Source: Terriglobia bacterium
GTDB taxonomy: Bacteria; Acidobacteriota; Terriglobia; Bryobacterales; Bryobacteraceae
Direction of reading: 5' to 3'
NCBI GenBank assembly: GCA_963823095.1
Contig: CAWGKI010000019.1
Span: 181,129-245,128 of the forward strand
Length of the DNA: 64,000 nucleotides
Shown here in pieces: positions 29,984-39,702 of the stretch (position 1 is its first letter; the number at the start of each line of letters is the position of its first letter). A program made the position numbers and the translations under genes. Below the pieces are notes generated by a model. That model saw nothing but the letters and a program-made list of their open reading frames with translations, searched no databases and was not told the DNA's origin.

Positions 29984-30306
29984 ACTTGGTCCCTTCGGCT
30001 TTTGGCAAGGACAGCGTAGCAAGCCAGATAACAGCCATGCCAATTGGCGCGAAGATCGAACTTCACCTCAAAAACAAACAAACCATGCGGGGTACCAGAG
30101 GGCAGTTATCGAACGCCGGTTTTGCGCTGGTCGACGCAAGTAAGCAAGAACACCAGATTGCGTTCGACGACGTGGGCTCGGTAAAACGGCTCACCACAAA
30201 GTCGCACCTCGCGCGCAACGTGCTGATCCTGGTTGGCCTCGGTGTGGTCGTGCTGGGTGTCATGGCCCTCCTCATAGAAGCTGCTCGTCACAAAGCACCG
30301 TTTTAA
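29938..30306 (+). CDS. small secreted protein with C-terminal transmembrane anchor (122 aa)
   Basis: Signal peptide MRKTISITLALLMALNLVPSAFG; C-terminal hydrophobic helix VLILVGLGVVVLGVMALLIEAA. Confidence 0.4.
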   Translation: MRKTISITLALLMALNLVPSAFGKDSVASQITAMPIGAKIELHLKNKQTMRGTRGQLSNAGFALVDASKQEHQIAFDDVGSVKRLTTKSHLARNVLILVGLGVVVLGVMALLIEAARHKAPF

Positions 30307-30721
30307 CATTTCCATATTGAAATGTCTGGACGGATTCCGCGGAAAGCATGCGTATTCCGGGCGATGCCGATCATGATTCCGGCTGATGGTCTGTCACTGT
30401 TTAGCTTGTCTTGCGCGAGGAATTTAGGGTAATCATCTGGCTTCACGCAACCCAGTGTGCACGGGCATATTCCCCCAATGAGCCGACTGCCCTTGGGCGG
30501 GGAATTGGTGACAGTATTGGTGACATTCCGCATTCAGTACGTTCGGAGAAGCGTATATCGCATTGATTTCGCAGGAGGTCCATGGGCGAGGGCTTCCGCG
30601 GGAGAACCCAATGTGCTGTCACCAATTTCGTCTTTTGGAATGAATAACTTGCGTGGAACAGAGCAGAGGAGAAATTGATTCTGAAGGAGGAGGAAACTGG
30701 CTTAAGTCTAATGGAATGAAT

Positions 30722-30798
<77 letters not shown>

Positions 30799-31084
30799 CT
30801 CTGACTATAGCGAACCCGACCAGCTTCCGCAATGAAATCGGTAACGCCACTGTGACCGAATTCCGGACCGAATTCCGGACCCTTCGCCCCGTTCCTCGCG
30901 TATGCTGTCCTGAGAGGTGTCCGCGATGTTTCTCGCCGCATGTCCGCGTCCCGCCGCCAGACGGCCGGTGGCCCTCTCTCACGCCTGTCCTTTGCCATAG
31001 ATTCCACACCGCTGGCCAGAAGTGCGCCTTCCGGGCGCCCGCCCGCGGCCGTCGTGGAATTCGATCGAGAAATAGGAGAAATTC

Positions 31085-32917
31085 ATGTTCGAAGCGTGGT
31101 ATTACGTCGTAGCCCTGCTTGGGTTAGTCGTCCTGCTGCTGTGCGCCAAGGCCCTGTTGGGCCTGGTCAGTATCCGGGAAATACAGGTCGGGATCGTTGT
31201 TAAGAAGTTCAGATTGGGCGGCGCCGGCCTGCCCAATGGGCGCATCGTCGCGCTCAACGGGGAACCCGGAATTCAGGCCGACACGCTTGCTCCGGGACTT
31301 CATTTCTGGTACTGGCCCTGGGTCTATCGGGTCGAAAAGGTTCCGGTCGTCGTCGTGCCGCCCGGCCACCTTGGATTGGTCAACGCGCGCGATGGCGATC
31401 CAATCCCGGTGAACCGCATCCTCTGCTCCGCCGTACCCTGCGACAATTTCCAGGACGCGCGCAAATTCCTCTCGTCGGGAGGACAAAGAGGTCGTCAGTC
31501 GGCCATGCTGACCGCCGGTCTGTACCGCATCAACACCGCTCTGTTCGAGGTCAAGACCGACATCCCGATCCGGCGCATCGAATCGAACAAAATCGGCGTC
31601 GTCACCGCGCTGGATGGCGCACCGATGCCAGCCGGCCAGATGGCCGCGCCCGAGGTGGCCGGACACAACAACTTCCAGGATCCCGAGGCCTTCGTCCATA
31701 ATGGCGGCAGCCGCGGGCTGCAGCAGCAGATCATCCTGGCCGGAACTTGGAATATCAATCCGTGGTTCGCCGAAGTGGAGGAGTTCGATCTGACCGAAGT
31801 GCCCATCGGCCACGTCGGCGTTGTCGTCAGCTACGTCGGCAGCGAGGAGCAGTCCAAGGACATTTCCGGCGAGGGCTTCACTCACGGCAATATCGTCACG
31901 GTCGGCGGCAAGGGCGTCTGGAAGGACCCGCTGTATCCGGGCAAGCACCCGTTGAACGTGAAGATCATGCGCGTCGAGATCGTCCCGACCACGAACATCG
32001 TCCTGAACTGGGCCAACACCCGCAGCGAGTCTCACAAGCTCGACGAGCGTCTCTGTACCATCAGCGTGCGCTCCTTCGACGGCTTCACCTTCAACCTCGA
32101 CGTCAGCCAGATTATCAACATCGGCGCGACCAAAGCCCCCTGGGTCATCTCTCGCGTCGGCTCGGTCCAGAACCTGGTCGCTCAGGTGCTTGAACCCATC
32201 GTCGGCAATTACTTCCGCAATTCGGCTCAGGCTTACACGGTCCTGGACTTTCTCTCCAACCGGACCGAGCGCCAGAAGGAAGCGCGCGAGCATATCGCCG
32301 GGGCCATTCAGCTCTACGACGTCCAATCCGTCGATACGCTGATCGGCGACATCACGCCGCCGCCTGAGCTGATGAAAACTCTCACTGATCGCAAACTCGC
32401 CGATGAGCAGCGCAAGACTTTCATAGTCCAGCAGACCAGCGAGACCACGCGCCAGGAGTTGGAGCGGCAGCGGGCGCTGGCCGATAAGCAGCGCGAGATC
32501 CTCAACTCGGAACAGGACGTGCGTATCGCCGAAATGCGCGCCAACGCAGTGGTCAAGACTGCCGCCGGTGAATCGGAAGCGGCCGCCAAGCGATCGGAAG
32601 GACAGGCTGCGGCCGCTCTCAAAGTCGGCTCGGCGGAAGCGGACGTGGTCGCCATGAAGGGCCGCCGCGAGGCCGAGGCGATTGCGGCCATCGGCAATGC
32701 GCGTGCCGAGGCCTATCAGGTCGGCGTGAAGGCGCTGGGAGATACTTTCGGTCTGCTCCAGATCTTCACGACACTCGCAGACAAGAACATTCGCCTCACG
32801 CCAGACGTGTTGGTCAACGGCTCGCAGGGATCGGGTGCGTCCGAGGGACTTATCGCGCTGTTACTGCGAGATCTGGTGACAAGTCATCCTCCGTCGCAGG
32901 CTCCGGGTCAGAAGTAG
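31085..32917 (+). CDS. flotillin-family protein (SPFH/band-7 domain, YqiK/FloT-like)
   Basis: N-terminal TM helix, SPFH domain, long C-terminal coiled coil with Ala/Glu-rich heptads (..AEMRANAVVKTAAGESEAAAKRSEGQAAAALKVGSAEADVVAMKGRREAEAIA..). Confidence 0.85.
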   Translation: MFEAWYYVVALLGLVVLLLCAKALLGLVSIREIQVGIVVKKFRLGGAGLPNGRIVALNGEPGIQADTLAPGLHFWYWPWVYRVEKVPVVVVPPGHLGLVNARDGDPIPVNRILCSAVPCDNFQDARKFLSSGGQRGRQSAMLTAGLYRINTALFEVKTDIPIRRIESNKIGVVTALDGAPMPAGQMAAPEVAGHNNFQDPEAFVHNGGSRGLQQQIILAGTWNINPWFAEVEEFDLTEVPIGHVGVVVSYVGSEEQSKDISGEGFTHGNIVTVGGKGVWKDPLYPGKHPLNVKIMRVEIVPTTNIVLNWANTRSESHKLDERLCTISVRSFDGFTFNLDVSQIINIGATKAPWVISRVGSVQNLVAQVLEPIVGNYFRNSAQAYTVLDFLSNRTERQKEAREHIAGAIQLYDVQSVDTLIGDITPPPELMKTLTDRKLADEQRKTFIVQQTSETTRQELERQRALADKQREILNSEQDVRIAEMRANAVVKTAAGESEAAAKRSEGQAAAALKVGSAEADVVAMKGRREAEAIAAIGNARAEAYQVGVKALGDTFGLLQIFTTLADKNIRLTPDVLVNGSQGSGASEGLIALLLRDLVTSHPPSQAPGQK

Positions 32918-32928
32918 TTTGAGCGGTG

Positions 32929-33046
32929 CCGCGTGGTGGGGCAGAATTTCAGTCTGCGTGGAGCTTCAGCCCCGCCCTCTTGTCCGGGAGGACTGGTTGA
33001 AGCGGTCCGCAGACTGAAGGTCTGCCCACCACGCCCGGCGAACGAG
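32929..33046. repeat. about 118-nt palindromic MITE/REP-like element (family B: CGCGTGGTGGGGC...GCCCACCACGCCCGG)
   Basis: Terminal inverted repeats cgtggtggggcagaatttcagtctgcg / cgcagactgaaggtctgcccaccacg; related copy at 38221-38340 and a variant at 43545-43655. Confidence 0.4.
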
Positions 33047-33087
33047 CGCCTCGAACGTCATGCGCAGCGTAGAGGGAAGCGCGAAAG

Positions 33088-33113
33088 GGAACCTGATGTT
33101 CCATTTCTATTTG
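33088..33113 (+). terminator. intrinsic terminator for flotillin transcript
   Basis: gggaac-ctgat-gttcc hairpin followed by atttctattt; located in an AT-rich patch between convergent genes. Confidence 0.45.
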
Positions 33114-33139
33114 CTAAGTCACTGATTCTAAAATGTGAT

Positions 33140-33167
33140 AAAAGACAAAAGGGAACCTGATGTTCCC
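33140..33167 (-). terminator. intrinsic terminator for the minus-strand Gly-rich protein gene
   Basis: Minus-strand reading: aaagggaacatcaggttccc hairpin then ttttgtctttt; 21-nt direct repeat of the plus-strand terminator stem. Confidence 0.45.
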
Positions 33168-33261
33168 TTTGGGCCACGACGGCGAGTGAATGCGAATGCC
33201 CAAGCGTGATGAGATTCCGGGCGTTGGAGCTTCTGCGGACGGATCATTTCATGCCAGTCTC

Positions 33262-34278
33262 TTACAGCTCTAACCGGCCCTTGTAGACCATCTCTTTGGT
33301 TTCGAACTTGCGTTCCAGGCGATTGCCGCCGAGTTGGGTCTGGAAGTCGAGTTCCTTGTCCTTCAGGGTGATCTCGTCTTCGCGCGAGAAGTGGAAGTAG
33401 ATTATTCCCGTTTTGCCGGGAAGATCGAACTCCACCTTCACCGGCCGGAGCGAGCGGCCCGTCCCGCGCGAGATCGTGGTCCGCTCCATCAACTCTTCGC
33501 GGATCGATTCCGGATCCCGCCCGCCGTACTGGCTGCGGTCCCGGTCGTCGTTGCTGTTGGTTTGATCGCCGGTCTGCGAGGGATCGCCGGTCTGTGAAGG
33601 GTCCCCGTTCCGGCCTTGGCGCGAATACCGGCTGTTGCCCCCGCCAGTGAGCGGGAATCCGTCCACCGCAATGACGTACTCCGCGGGCGCGTCGGACGCT
33701 GGCTGGGCCTTTGGAGCCGGTCTCTCGCCATTCGCCGCAGCCGCCGGTGGATCGTCCGTCTTGCGCCAACCAACCGGCTTTGTCGAATCCGCCGAGGCCG
33801 CGGCGTCCGGATCCTGCTGCGCGTGGGCGAGCCGCAACGGCAGCGCGCTTTCCCAACGCACTACGGCTGTCGAGGTCATCGGATTCTCACGGCGATTGCC
33901 GCCACGCCCTCCGCCTCCACGCCCGCCGGGATACCCCATCCCGCCGCCACCGCCCGGGAAGGGAAGCCCAATCCCTCCGGGCATATAGATGCCGCCGCGC
34001 CGCGAGCCGCCGCCTCCGTTCGGGTAATTGCCACCATTCGGGTCATTGGGGTCGTTCGGGTATTGCCCGCCGCCCCGCCCGCCCTGAGAGCCCATCCCGT
34101 TCTGGTTCGCTTCCAGCGAGACCTTGCCATTGTGAGCCCAGGGCGAGTCGTGCATCAGTTTGTAGATATCGTCGTGAGACCACGACGCCGGATCCTTCGC
34201 ATCCCATATGTCGGAGGCAGAACACACGCCCGCCAATCCCAGTACGGCTACGACCGCGAACAGTCTTGTGAGTTGCAT
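33262..34278 (-). CDS. secreted glycine-rich protein (338 aa, low-complexity GGGxGxPGG and Pro/Asn repeats)
   Basis: Signal peptide MQLTRLFAVVAVLGLAGVCSA; long Gly-rich tract; conserved-looking C-terminal 90 aa. Confidence 0.55.
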   Translation of the reverse strand: MQLTRLFAVVAVLGLAGVCSASDIWDAKDPASWSHDDIYKLMHDSPWAHNGKVSLEANQNGMGSQGGRGGGQYPNDPNDPNGGNYPNGGGGSRRGGIYMPGGIGLPFPGGGGGMGYPGGRGGGGRGGNRRENPMTSTAVVRWESALPLRLAHAQQDPDAAASADSTKPVGWRKTDDPPAAAANGERPAPKAQPASDAPAEYVIAVDGFPLTGGGNSRYSRQGRNGDPSQTGDPSQTGDQTNSNDDRDRSQYGGRDPESIREELMERTTISRGTGRSLRPVKVEFDLPGKTGIIYFHFSREDEITLKDKELDFQTQLGGNRLERKFETKEMVYKGRLEL

Positions 34279-34656
34279 GGTGTTACTTCGTGGACGGACA
34301 GCGAGGCGGGCCGGTTGCCGGGATCTCTAAGGATCTTTAATGGAATCAGGCAGGCAGGAACCGCATCGCGCCCAGCTCACGAGTAGGCCCGCATGCGCCG
34401 GCCCCTTCGGGCCGAGGGCAGTCGTCCACGTTTCCGAGAGGGCGGTTTTCCATCCGGCACCACCACCCGTGCTAAGTTACTTCTGGGTCACTCGCAATCT
34501 CGACGGAACTTGTGCAGCAGGTTTCGCCTATTCGCGCGCCAAGCAGTTCGTGCCTTGCCATGGCCTGTGATGACTCACAAGAGGGTCCTTCGGTAGACTG
34601 CCAATCGATGGTCTTGGCGGTCGTTCAGTCCCGGCCACTAAGCGTATGATTAGCCC

Positions 34657-35115
34657 ATGCACGCCAAACTGAATCTCCGCCTTCTCGTGGGCTTAATTGG
34701 GTTTGCTTTGTCGGCCTTCGCTCAAGTTGACGGGGCTAAATTTGCGGCCGATTTACGCGCAAAATACGGCCCTCCGCTCGCCAGAGAGACCTTCACCGGC
34801 CGGCCCGGCGTCGAAATGGTGGTGGACTATGCCGCCAACGGTCACGTATGCCGAATCCAACTTCCCCCAGTAGGACCCAGCCGCGACCCAAACGTGAGAA
34901 CGCCCCAAGCAATTGACGATTTTCTTTCTGATCTGGTACCGATGAACATCCGCGGAAAAGAGCAGAATCGCATGTTGGAGGCCACAGGTCTCCCTTCTGT
35001 ATCGATTATTGAGTATGAGAATGTCGTGATCGCTGAAGAGTTCCAAGGGCAAAGGCGAACCGGAGTAAGGGTCACATTCAAGCACGAGACGTGCCGGGAT
35101 CGGCCAGGATATTAG
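34657..35115 (+). CDS. hypothetical secreted protein (152 aa)
   Basis: Signal peptide MHAKLNLRLLVGLIGFALSAFA; no motifs recognised. Confidence 0.45.
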   Translation: MHAKLNLRLLVGLIGFALSAFAQVDGAKFAADLRAKYGPPLARETFTGRPGVEMVVDYAANGHVCRIQLPPVGPSRDPNVRTPQAIDDFLSDLVPMNIRGKEQNRMLEATGLPSVSIIEYENVVIAEEFQGQRRTGVRVTFKHETCRDRPGY

Positions 35116-35238
35116 CCGTGCAATGCTGAAAGGTCCGCCGTAGACCGTCTCGTCCATTGGCCTCGGCGATGAGTGGCCCGGGCGAGCCACACTTCCGAAT
35201 TGGCGGTTTTCCCAGCCCCGGCCGCAGCCTGTAGGTGG

Positions 35239-36204
35239 CTATCGACTTGTACGGGTGCCGTCGTATCTGCTTTTCACCGATTCGAACAGCGCCCAATAGT
35301 CCAGCGACCACGCCCTGGCCGCTTTCGGCTCTGGCGGGCACGGGCGTTTGCTGAACCTCCTCCGCACCTCAAGCGATGCCAGTGTGCCGATAGCCTTGTC
35401 TGTGGAAGAGCCGGCAGACGGAAGTGCCTTCTCCAGTTCCTTTTGCACGACATCGGCGTATTGAGACTCATAGATGCCCGTCGCGAATTCGGAGTTCGCG
35501 GGCTCGCTCGGTAACTGCAAGAACAAGCGCGCCAATGTAGCCGCTGCCGCGGGTGTGTTCAAGTATCGAAGGGCACGGGCGCCCTCAAGGCGGGTGGCAT
35601 CCGATTCCAGTAACCGGCCGATTCGACCAAGCTCGGCAGCTTCCCATTGAGCGTTCGGCGCCAGAATCTCAACGGACTGGGCGTTCGATCTCAGGTCGCA
35701 AGTCAACCAAGGATGCCTGTTCTGTTCGTTCATCTCCAAAGGGACGATGTGCATCAACACGACGTGCAACACATACCGGCCCGGCCGCCGGAATTGGACA
35801 TATTCATTTACTTCGATCTCCCGGTTTCGGTCTTCCGACCAGCCATCGCCGAGAGTGCTCCCAACGCGGATTCTGACGTCCTGAGCGGATGGGTCAATTG
35901 CGCCATCCCGAGGCTCCCAAACGACAATTTCCTTGAAGTGGCCTCGCCACGTTTCTGGGAAGGCGGTGAACCCCGGTTGCCCGTTTGCGCTCACGGAGAG
36001 CTTTGCCTTAATGGTCTCTCCACGGTGGAAAATCGGTGGCTGTCTCAAACACCGGAATCGAAGGGACACCTTCGAGCAACTGGGTTCGAAGCCAACAGCC
36101 GACAGGCCGCTCGGCCGGGCCGAAGGGAGCTGTCCAAACATGGCGACAACTGTGAGCCCCGTCACGACCAGAAATCGACCCAGCCGTTTTGACAAAGCGT
36201 GCAT
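35239..36204 (-). CDS. hypothetical secreted protein (start taken at MHALSKRLGRFLVVTGLTVVAMFG)
   Basis: Signal-peptide-like N-terminus at the internal Met; long ORF 35239-36387 with upstream extension likely non-coding. Confidence 0.5.
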   Translation of the reverse strand: MHALSKRLGRFLVVTGLTVVAMFGQLPSARPSGLSAVGFEPSCSKVSLRFRCLRQPPIFHRGETIKAKLSVSANGQPGFTAFPETWRGHFKEIVVWEPRDGAIDPSAQDVRIRVGSTLGDGWSEDRNREIEVNEYVQFRRPGRYVLHVVLMHIVPLEMNEQNRHPWLTCDLRSNAQSVEILAPNAQWEAAELGRIGRLLESDATRLEGARALRYLNTPAAAATLARLFLQLPSEPANSEFATGIYESQYADVVQKELEKALPSAGSSTDKAIGTLASLEVRRRFSKRPCPPEPKAARAWSLDYWALFESVKSRYDGTRTSR

Positions 36205-36364
36205 TGTCGTGAGTCTTTGACGCCAATGGCATCGAGAATGTTCCCCCGGGCCGCCCTCACTTCTTCGTAAGAGCGCATACCGGGCAATGGGCCACCCGGC
36301 TTCGGCTTCCATCGCTATCGCCTCCCGGCGCGAGCATTCCTGTACCCTGATCGAAGAGACCCTT

Positions 36365-37354
36365 ATGCCATACTCCGCTTCCGACACCCGTTACGACGCG
36401 ATGATCTATAACCGCTGCGGCCGCAGCGGCCTGAAACTGCCGGCCGTCTCGCTTGGTTTCTGGCACAACTTCGGCGGCTCGGACGTCTTTGAAAACGGCC
36501 GCGCCATGGCCCGGCGCGCCTTCGATCTGGGCATCACGCACTTCGATCTCGCCAACAACTACGGCCCTCCCTACGGCTCCGCCGAAGAGAATTTCGGCCG
36601 CATCCTGCAGAAGGACCTCGCGCCCTACCGCGACGAGATGGTCATCTCCTCCAAGGCCGGTTGGGACATGTGGCCCGGCCCGTACGGCGACCTCGGTTCG
36701 CGCAAGTATCTGGTGGCGAGTCTCGATCAGAGCCTCAAGCGCATGGGCTTGAGTTACGTGGATATCTTCTATCACCATCGGCCCGATCCAGGCACGCCGC
36801 TCGAAGAAACAATGGGCGCGCTCGATTTCATCGTGCGCAGCGGCCGTGCGCTCTACGTCGGCATCTCTTCCTATGAACCCGAGGAGACGCGCCGCGCTGC
36901 GGAGATTTTGCGCTCGCTCGGGACACCCTGCCTGATCCATCAGCCGTCGTACAGCATGTTCAACCGCAAGCCGGAGCAGGGCCTGCTCGAAACGCTCGAA
37001 ACCGAGGGCATCGGCTGCATCGTCTTTTCGCCGCTAGCGCAAGGCATGTTGACGGACAAATACTTGCACGGGATTCCGGAAGGCTCGCGCGCTTCGAAGC
37101 ATCATTTCCTGAAGCCCGAACAGATCACCGAAGAGAAGCTTGCCAGGATCCGCGCTCTGAACGAACTGGCCGCGAATCGCGGTCAGACCCTCGCGCAAAT
37201 GGCGGTGGCGTGGACTCTACGCCATTCCGCTGTGACGTCCACCGTCATCGGCGCCAGCCGGCCGAGCCACGTAGACGACGCCGTCGCCGCGCTCGCCAAC
37301 CTGCATTTCCCGGCCGAGCACTTGGCGCAGATCGACACAATCCTGGGCGCATAG
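36365..37354 (+). CDS. aldo/keto reductase (YghZ/Tas-like, AKR family)
   Basis: Full-length AKR fold: ..[23 protein letters not shown].., ..[22 protein letters not shown].., ..[16 protein letters not shown].. Confidence 0.9.
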   Translation: MPYSASDTRYDAMIYNRCGRSGLKLPAVSLGFWHNFGGSDVFENGRAMARRAFDLGITHFDLANNYGPPYGSAEENFGRILQKDLAPYRDEMVISSKAGWDMWPGPYGDLGSRKYLVASLDQSLKRMGLSYVDIFYHHRPDPGTPLEETMGALDFIVRSGRALYVGISSYEPEETRRAAEILRSLGTPCLIHQPSYSMFNRKPEQGLLETLETEGIGCIVFSPLAQGMLTDKYLHGIPEGSRASKHHFLKPEQITEEKLARIRALNELAANRGQTLAQMAVAWTLRHSAVTSTVIGASRPSHVDDAVAALANLHFPAEHLAQIDTILGA

Positions 37355-37460
37355 TAGCTCGACGAAGCGGTCCCCTCACTGTAGCCGCCCCGTTCAACAC
37401 AGTGCGAATTGCCGATATGCTGGGATGCACTCAGGACTCATGCTGAAAGGCGGACCCTCC

Positions 37461-38171
37461 ATGAAACGAATTGCGGCCGTGATGGCGCTTGCGTCATTCC
37501 TGTTTGCACCGGGCTCGGGCCGCGCGGACGAAAGCGCAGTCCCTACGTTCCACGAACTCTTCAACGGCAAGGACCTGACCGGTTGGGTTAACGTCAACAC
37601 TGCTGAAGATACGTGGAAGGTCCGCGATGGCCTGCTGGTCTGCTCCGGCCACCCCATCGGCGTGATGCGAAGTGAGAAGCAGTACGAGAACTTCATCCTG
37701 CACATCGAGTGGATGCACATGGAACCGGGCGGCAACTCAGGCACTTTTGCGTGGAGCAGTGCGGTCCCCAATCCGGAGAACAGGCTTACCGATGGCGTTG
37801 AGATCCAGATGCTGGAGCTCGACTGGGTGAACCTCAACAAGGTGAATGGAATGAAGCCACCCGATGCCTACGTTCACGGGGAACTCTTCGGAGTCGGAGG
37901 CGTGAAGATCGTACCGGATAATCCGCGTGGCCCGCGGAGCAAGTCTGTCGAAAACCGCTGCAAGCCTCGCGGCGAATGGAACGTTTACGACGTCGTCGCG
38001 GTGGACGGCGTGATGAAGCTGTCCGTCAACGGCAAGTTCGTGAACGGCATCAGCCACTCCGCACGACGAAAGGGCTATCTTTGCCTGGAATCCGAAGGAG
38101 CCGAGATCCATTTCCGCAATATCAGGATCATGGAACTGCCGCCCGGCGTGACGACGCCCGGGACGGAATAA
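37461..38171 (+). CDS. secreted DUF1080 / 3-keto-disaccharide hydrolase-like protein
   Basis: Signal peptide [22 protein letters not shown]; DUF1080 pattern [27 protein letters not shown].......NSG. Confidence 0.75.
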   Translation: MKRIAAVMALASFLFAPGSGRADESAVPTFHELFNGKDLTGWVNVNTAEDTWKVRDGLLVCSGHPIGVMRSEKQYENFILHIEWMHMEPGGNSGTFAWSSAVPNPENRLTDGVEIQMLELDWVNLNKVNGMKPPDAYVHGELFGVGGVKIVPDNPRGPRSKSVENRCKPRGEWNVYDVVAVDGVMKLSVNGKFVNGISHSARRKGYLCLESEGAEIHFRNIRIMELPPGVTTPGTE

Positions 38172-38220
38172 TCGCCTTCGGTCGCAATACTCATGTCCGC
38201 CAATGCGGAGCAGCCCAGGC

Positions 38221-38340
38221 GCGTGGTGGGGCGGACCTCCAGGTCCGCGCGGGCTCTCCAGAGCCCGCCCGCACAAGAGCGGGGCTGAATGCCTGCCCCA
38301 CCACGCGCCCGCGCAGGCTGAAGGTCCACCACGCCCGGTG
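38221..38340. repeat. about 120-nt palindromic MITE/REP-like element (family B)
   Basis: cgcgtggtggggcggacctccaggtccgcgcggg ... ctgccccaccacgcgcccgcgcaggctgaaggtccaccacgcccggtga; matches ends of element at 32929-33046. Confidence 0.4.
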
Positions 38341-38345
38341 ATCCA

Positions 38346-39233
38346 CTACTTCACACCGAACACACGCTCCGCATACTCGCGGCTGCGCCTGAGATTCTCG
38401 CTCAGCGGCCGGGTCTTCTGCGTATTGGGATCCCACGCCAGTTCGACGGTGAGCCAGCCCCGGTAGTTGTTCTTCTTCAACTCGGCTGCAACCGCGCCGT
38501 AATCCACTTCGCCATCGGCCAGTTCTTCCAGCCACACGCCGCCCTTCGAATTGCGCAGATGCACGTCGCCGACGCGCTTTCCGGCCTCGCGCAGAATCTG
38601 CATCACGTCCTCGCCGCCGCGCAGAGTCCAGTGCGTATCCATGCAGATGCCCACGTTCTTCGCGGTTGTGTTCTTGACGAAATAGCGCCACTCGCGGGCG
38701 TGATCGGCCATCTCGGGAGCGTGCTGGTGCACAAGCAAACGTAGTCTCATTCGTGTCAGCGCTACGCCCAGTTGTTCTAGCGCCTGCGCCTCCGTCGCTA
38801 ACTCAGCGTCAGTCTTGGACGCGTGCGCGGGCTTGGGGTCGCAGTTGAAGCTGATGGCTTCCAGACCCTTGTGCGGCTTCAACCGTTCGGCGTAAGCCAG
38901 CGCCGTCTCCACCGTTTTCTGCGACACGTCGTTGTGCATCGGACCGCCGATGTAAGCGATCGGCAGCGACAGGCCGTGTTTGTCAAGGAGAGCGAGTGTG
39001 CCGGCCGTCTTCTCCGGCGGGAAGAAGTTCGAAGTCAGTTCCACCGCCCGGTAGCCAGCCTGTTGAAGGGTTGCGAAGATCTCGTCAGCGTGGTCGAGCG
39101 TCTTCTGCTGCCTCTGTCCGTAATCCTGCTCGAAGATATAGGTCTGGCAGGCCAGGCGCGGCGCGTAGCCTTTCGCTCCCGCCAGCGGCGCGGCGGCAGC
39201 CAAGGCCAGCCATTCTCTGCGCGATAGATTCAT
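38346..39233 (-). CDS. TAT-secreted sugar phosphate isomerase/epimerase (xylose isomerase-like TIM barrel)
   Basis: Twin-arginine signal MNLSRREWLALAAAAPLAGA; TIM-barrel AP-endonuclease-2/xylose-isomerase-like motifs (..VHLRNSKGG..WLTVELAWDP..); upstream extension of the ORF contains a REP element, so ATG 39233 is preferred. Confidence 0.8.
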   Translation of the reverse strand: MNLSRREWLALAAAAPLAGAKGYAPRLACQTYIFEQDYGQRQQKTLDHADEIFATLQQAGYRAVELTSNFFPPEKTAGTLALLDKHGLSLPIAYIGGPMHNDVSQKTVETALAYAERLKPHKGLEAISFNCDPKPAHASKTDAELATEAQALEQLGVALTRMRLRLLVHQHAPEMADHAREWRYFVKNTTAKNVGICMDTHWTLRGGEDVMQILREAGKRVGDVHLRNSKGGVWLEELADGEVDYGAVAAELKKNNYRGWLTVELAWDPNTQKTRPLSENLRRSREYAERVFGVK

Positions 39234-39289
39234 CTGGGCCACTCCCGCAGTCACCCTATCACCGGCCTTCATCCGGCCGCAACGCCGTT

Positions 39290-39452
39290 CCTGGGAGCGC
39301 CGATCTCCAGATCGGCTCCGAACGCGCGGGCGAGTGACAACTGCAAATGCATCCAGGTTCACGTGCCTGCGCGTTCACTCCCGAAGACCCGCAGTCAGTC
39401 GCTGGCCGCCGAATTACGAATCGAAGGGAGCCGATCTGGAGATCGGCGTTCC
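39290..39452. repeat. MITE/REP-like element, family A (TIR CCTGGGARCGCCGATCTCCAGATCGGC)
   Basis: cctgggagcgccgatctccagatcggc at 39290-39318 and inverted gccgatctggagatcggcgttcccagg at 39429-39452; core GCCGATCTCCAGATCGGC is itself palindromic. Confidence 0.5.
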
Positions 39453-39600
39453 CAGGGGAGGCGCATCTGCCGCAACATGAAACAACCTTCTGTAACCCGC
39501 GTGGCGAGCGGGGCGTATGCTATTCGGAGTCCCCGTGCTTGGTACCCAAGAGGCTCCCGGCTGGTGGCGAAAGATAGGCCATACGAATGAGGCCACGACT

Positions 39601-39684
39601 GCCAAAACCGGTAAGGGTTACGGTTTTTGGCCTGTAAGTGCTTGATTTCAGGTTCAAAAACCGTAACCCCTTACCGTTTTGGCC
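39601..39684. repeat. about 30-bp-stem inverted repeat upstream of the CarbopepD_reg gene
   Basis: gccaaaaccggtaagggttacggtttttggc (39601-39631) and caaaaaccgtaaccccttaccgttttggc (39656-39684) are near-perfect reverse complements separated by a 24-nt loop. Confidence 0.4.
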
Positions 39685-39702
39685 CATGTGTCATGAGGTG
39701 AT

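Noticed and set aside
31124-32326. 400-aa minus-strand ORF
   Set aside because: Antisense to the flotillin gene
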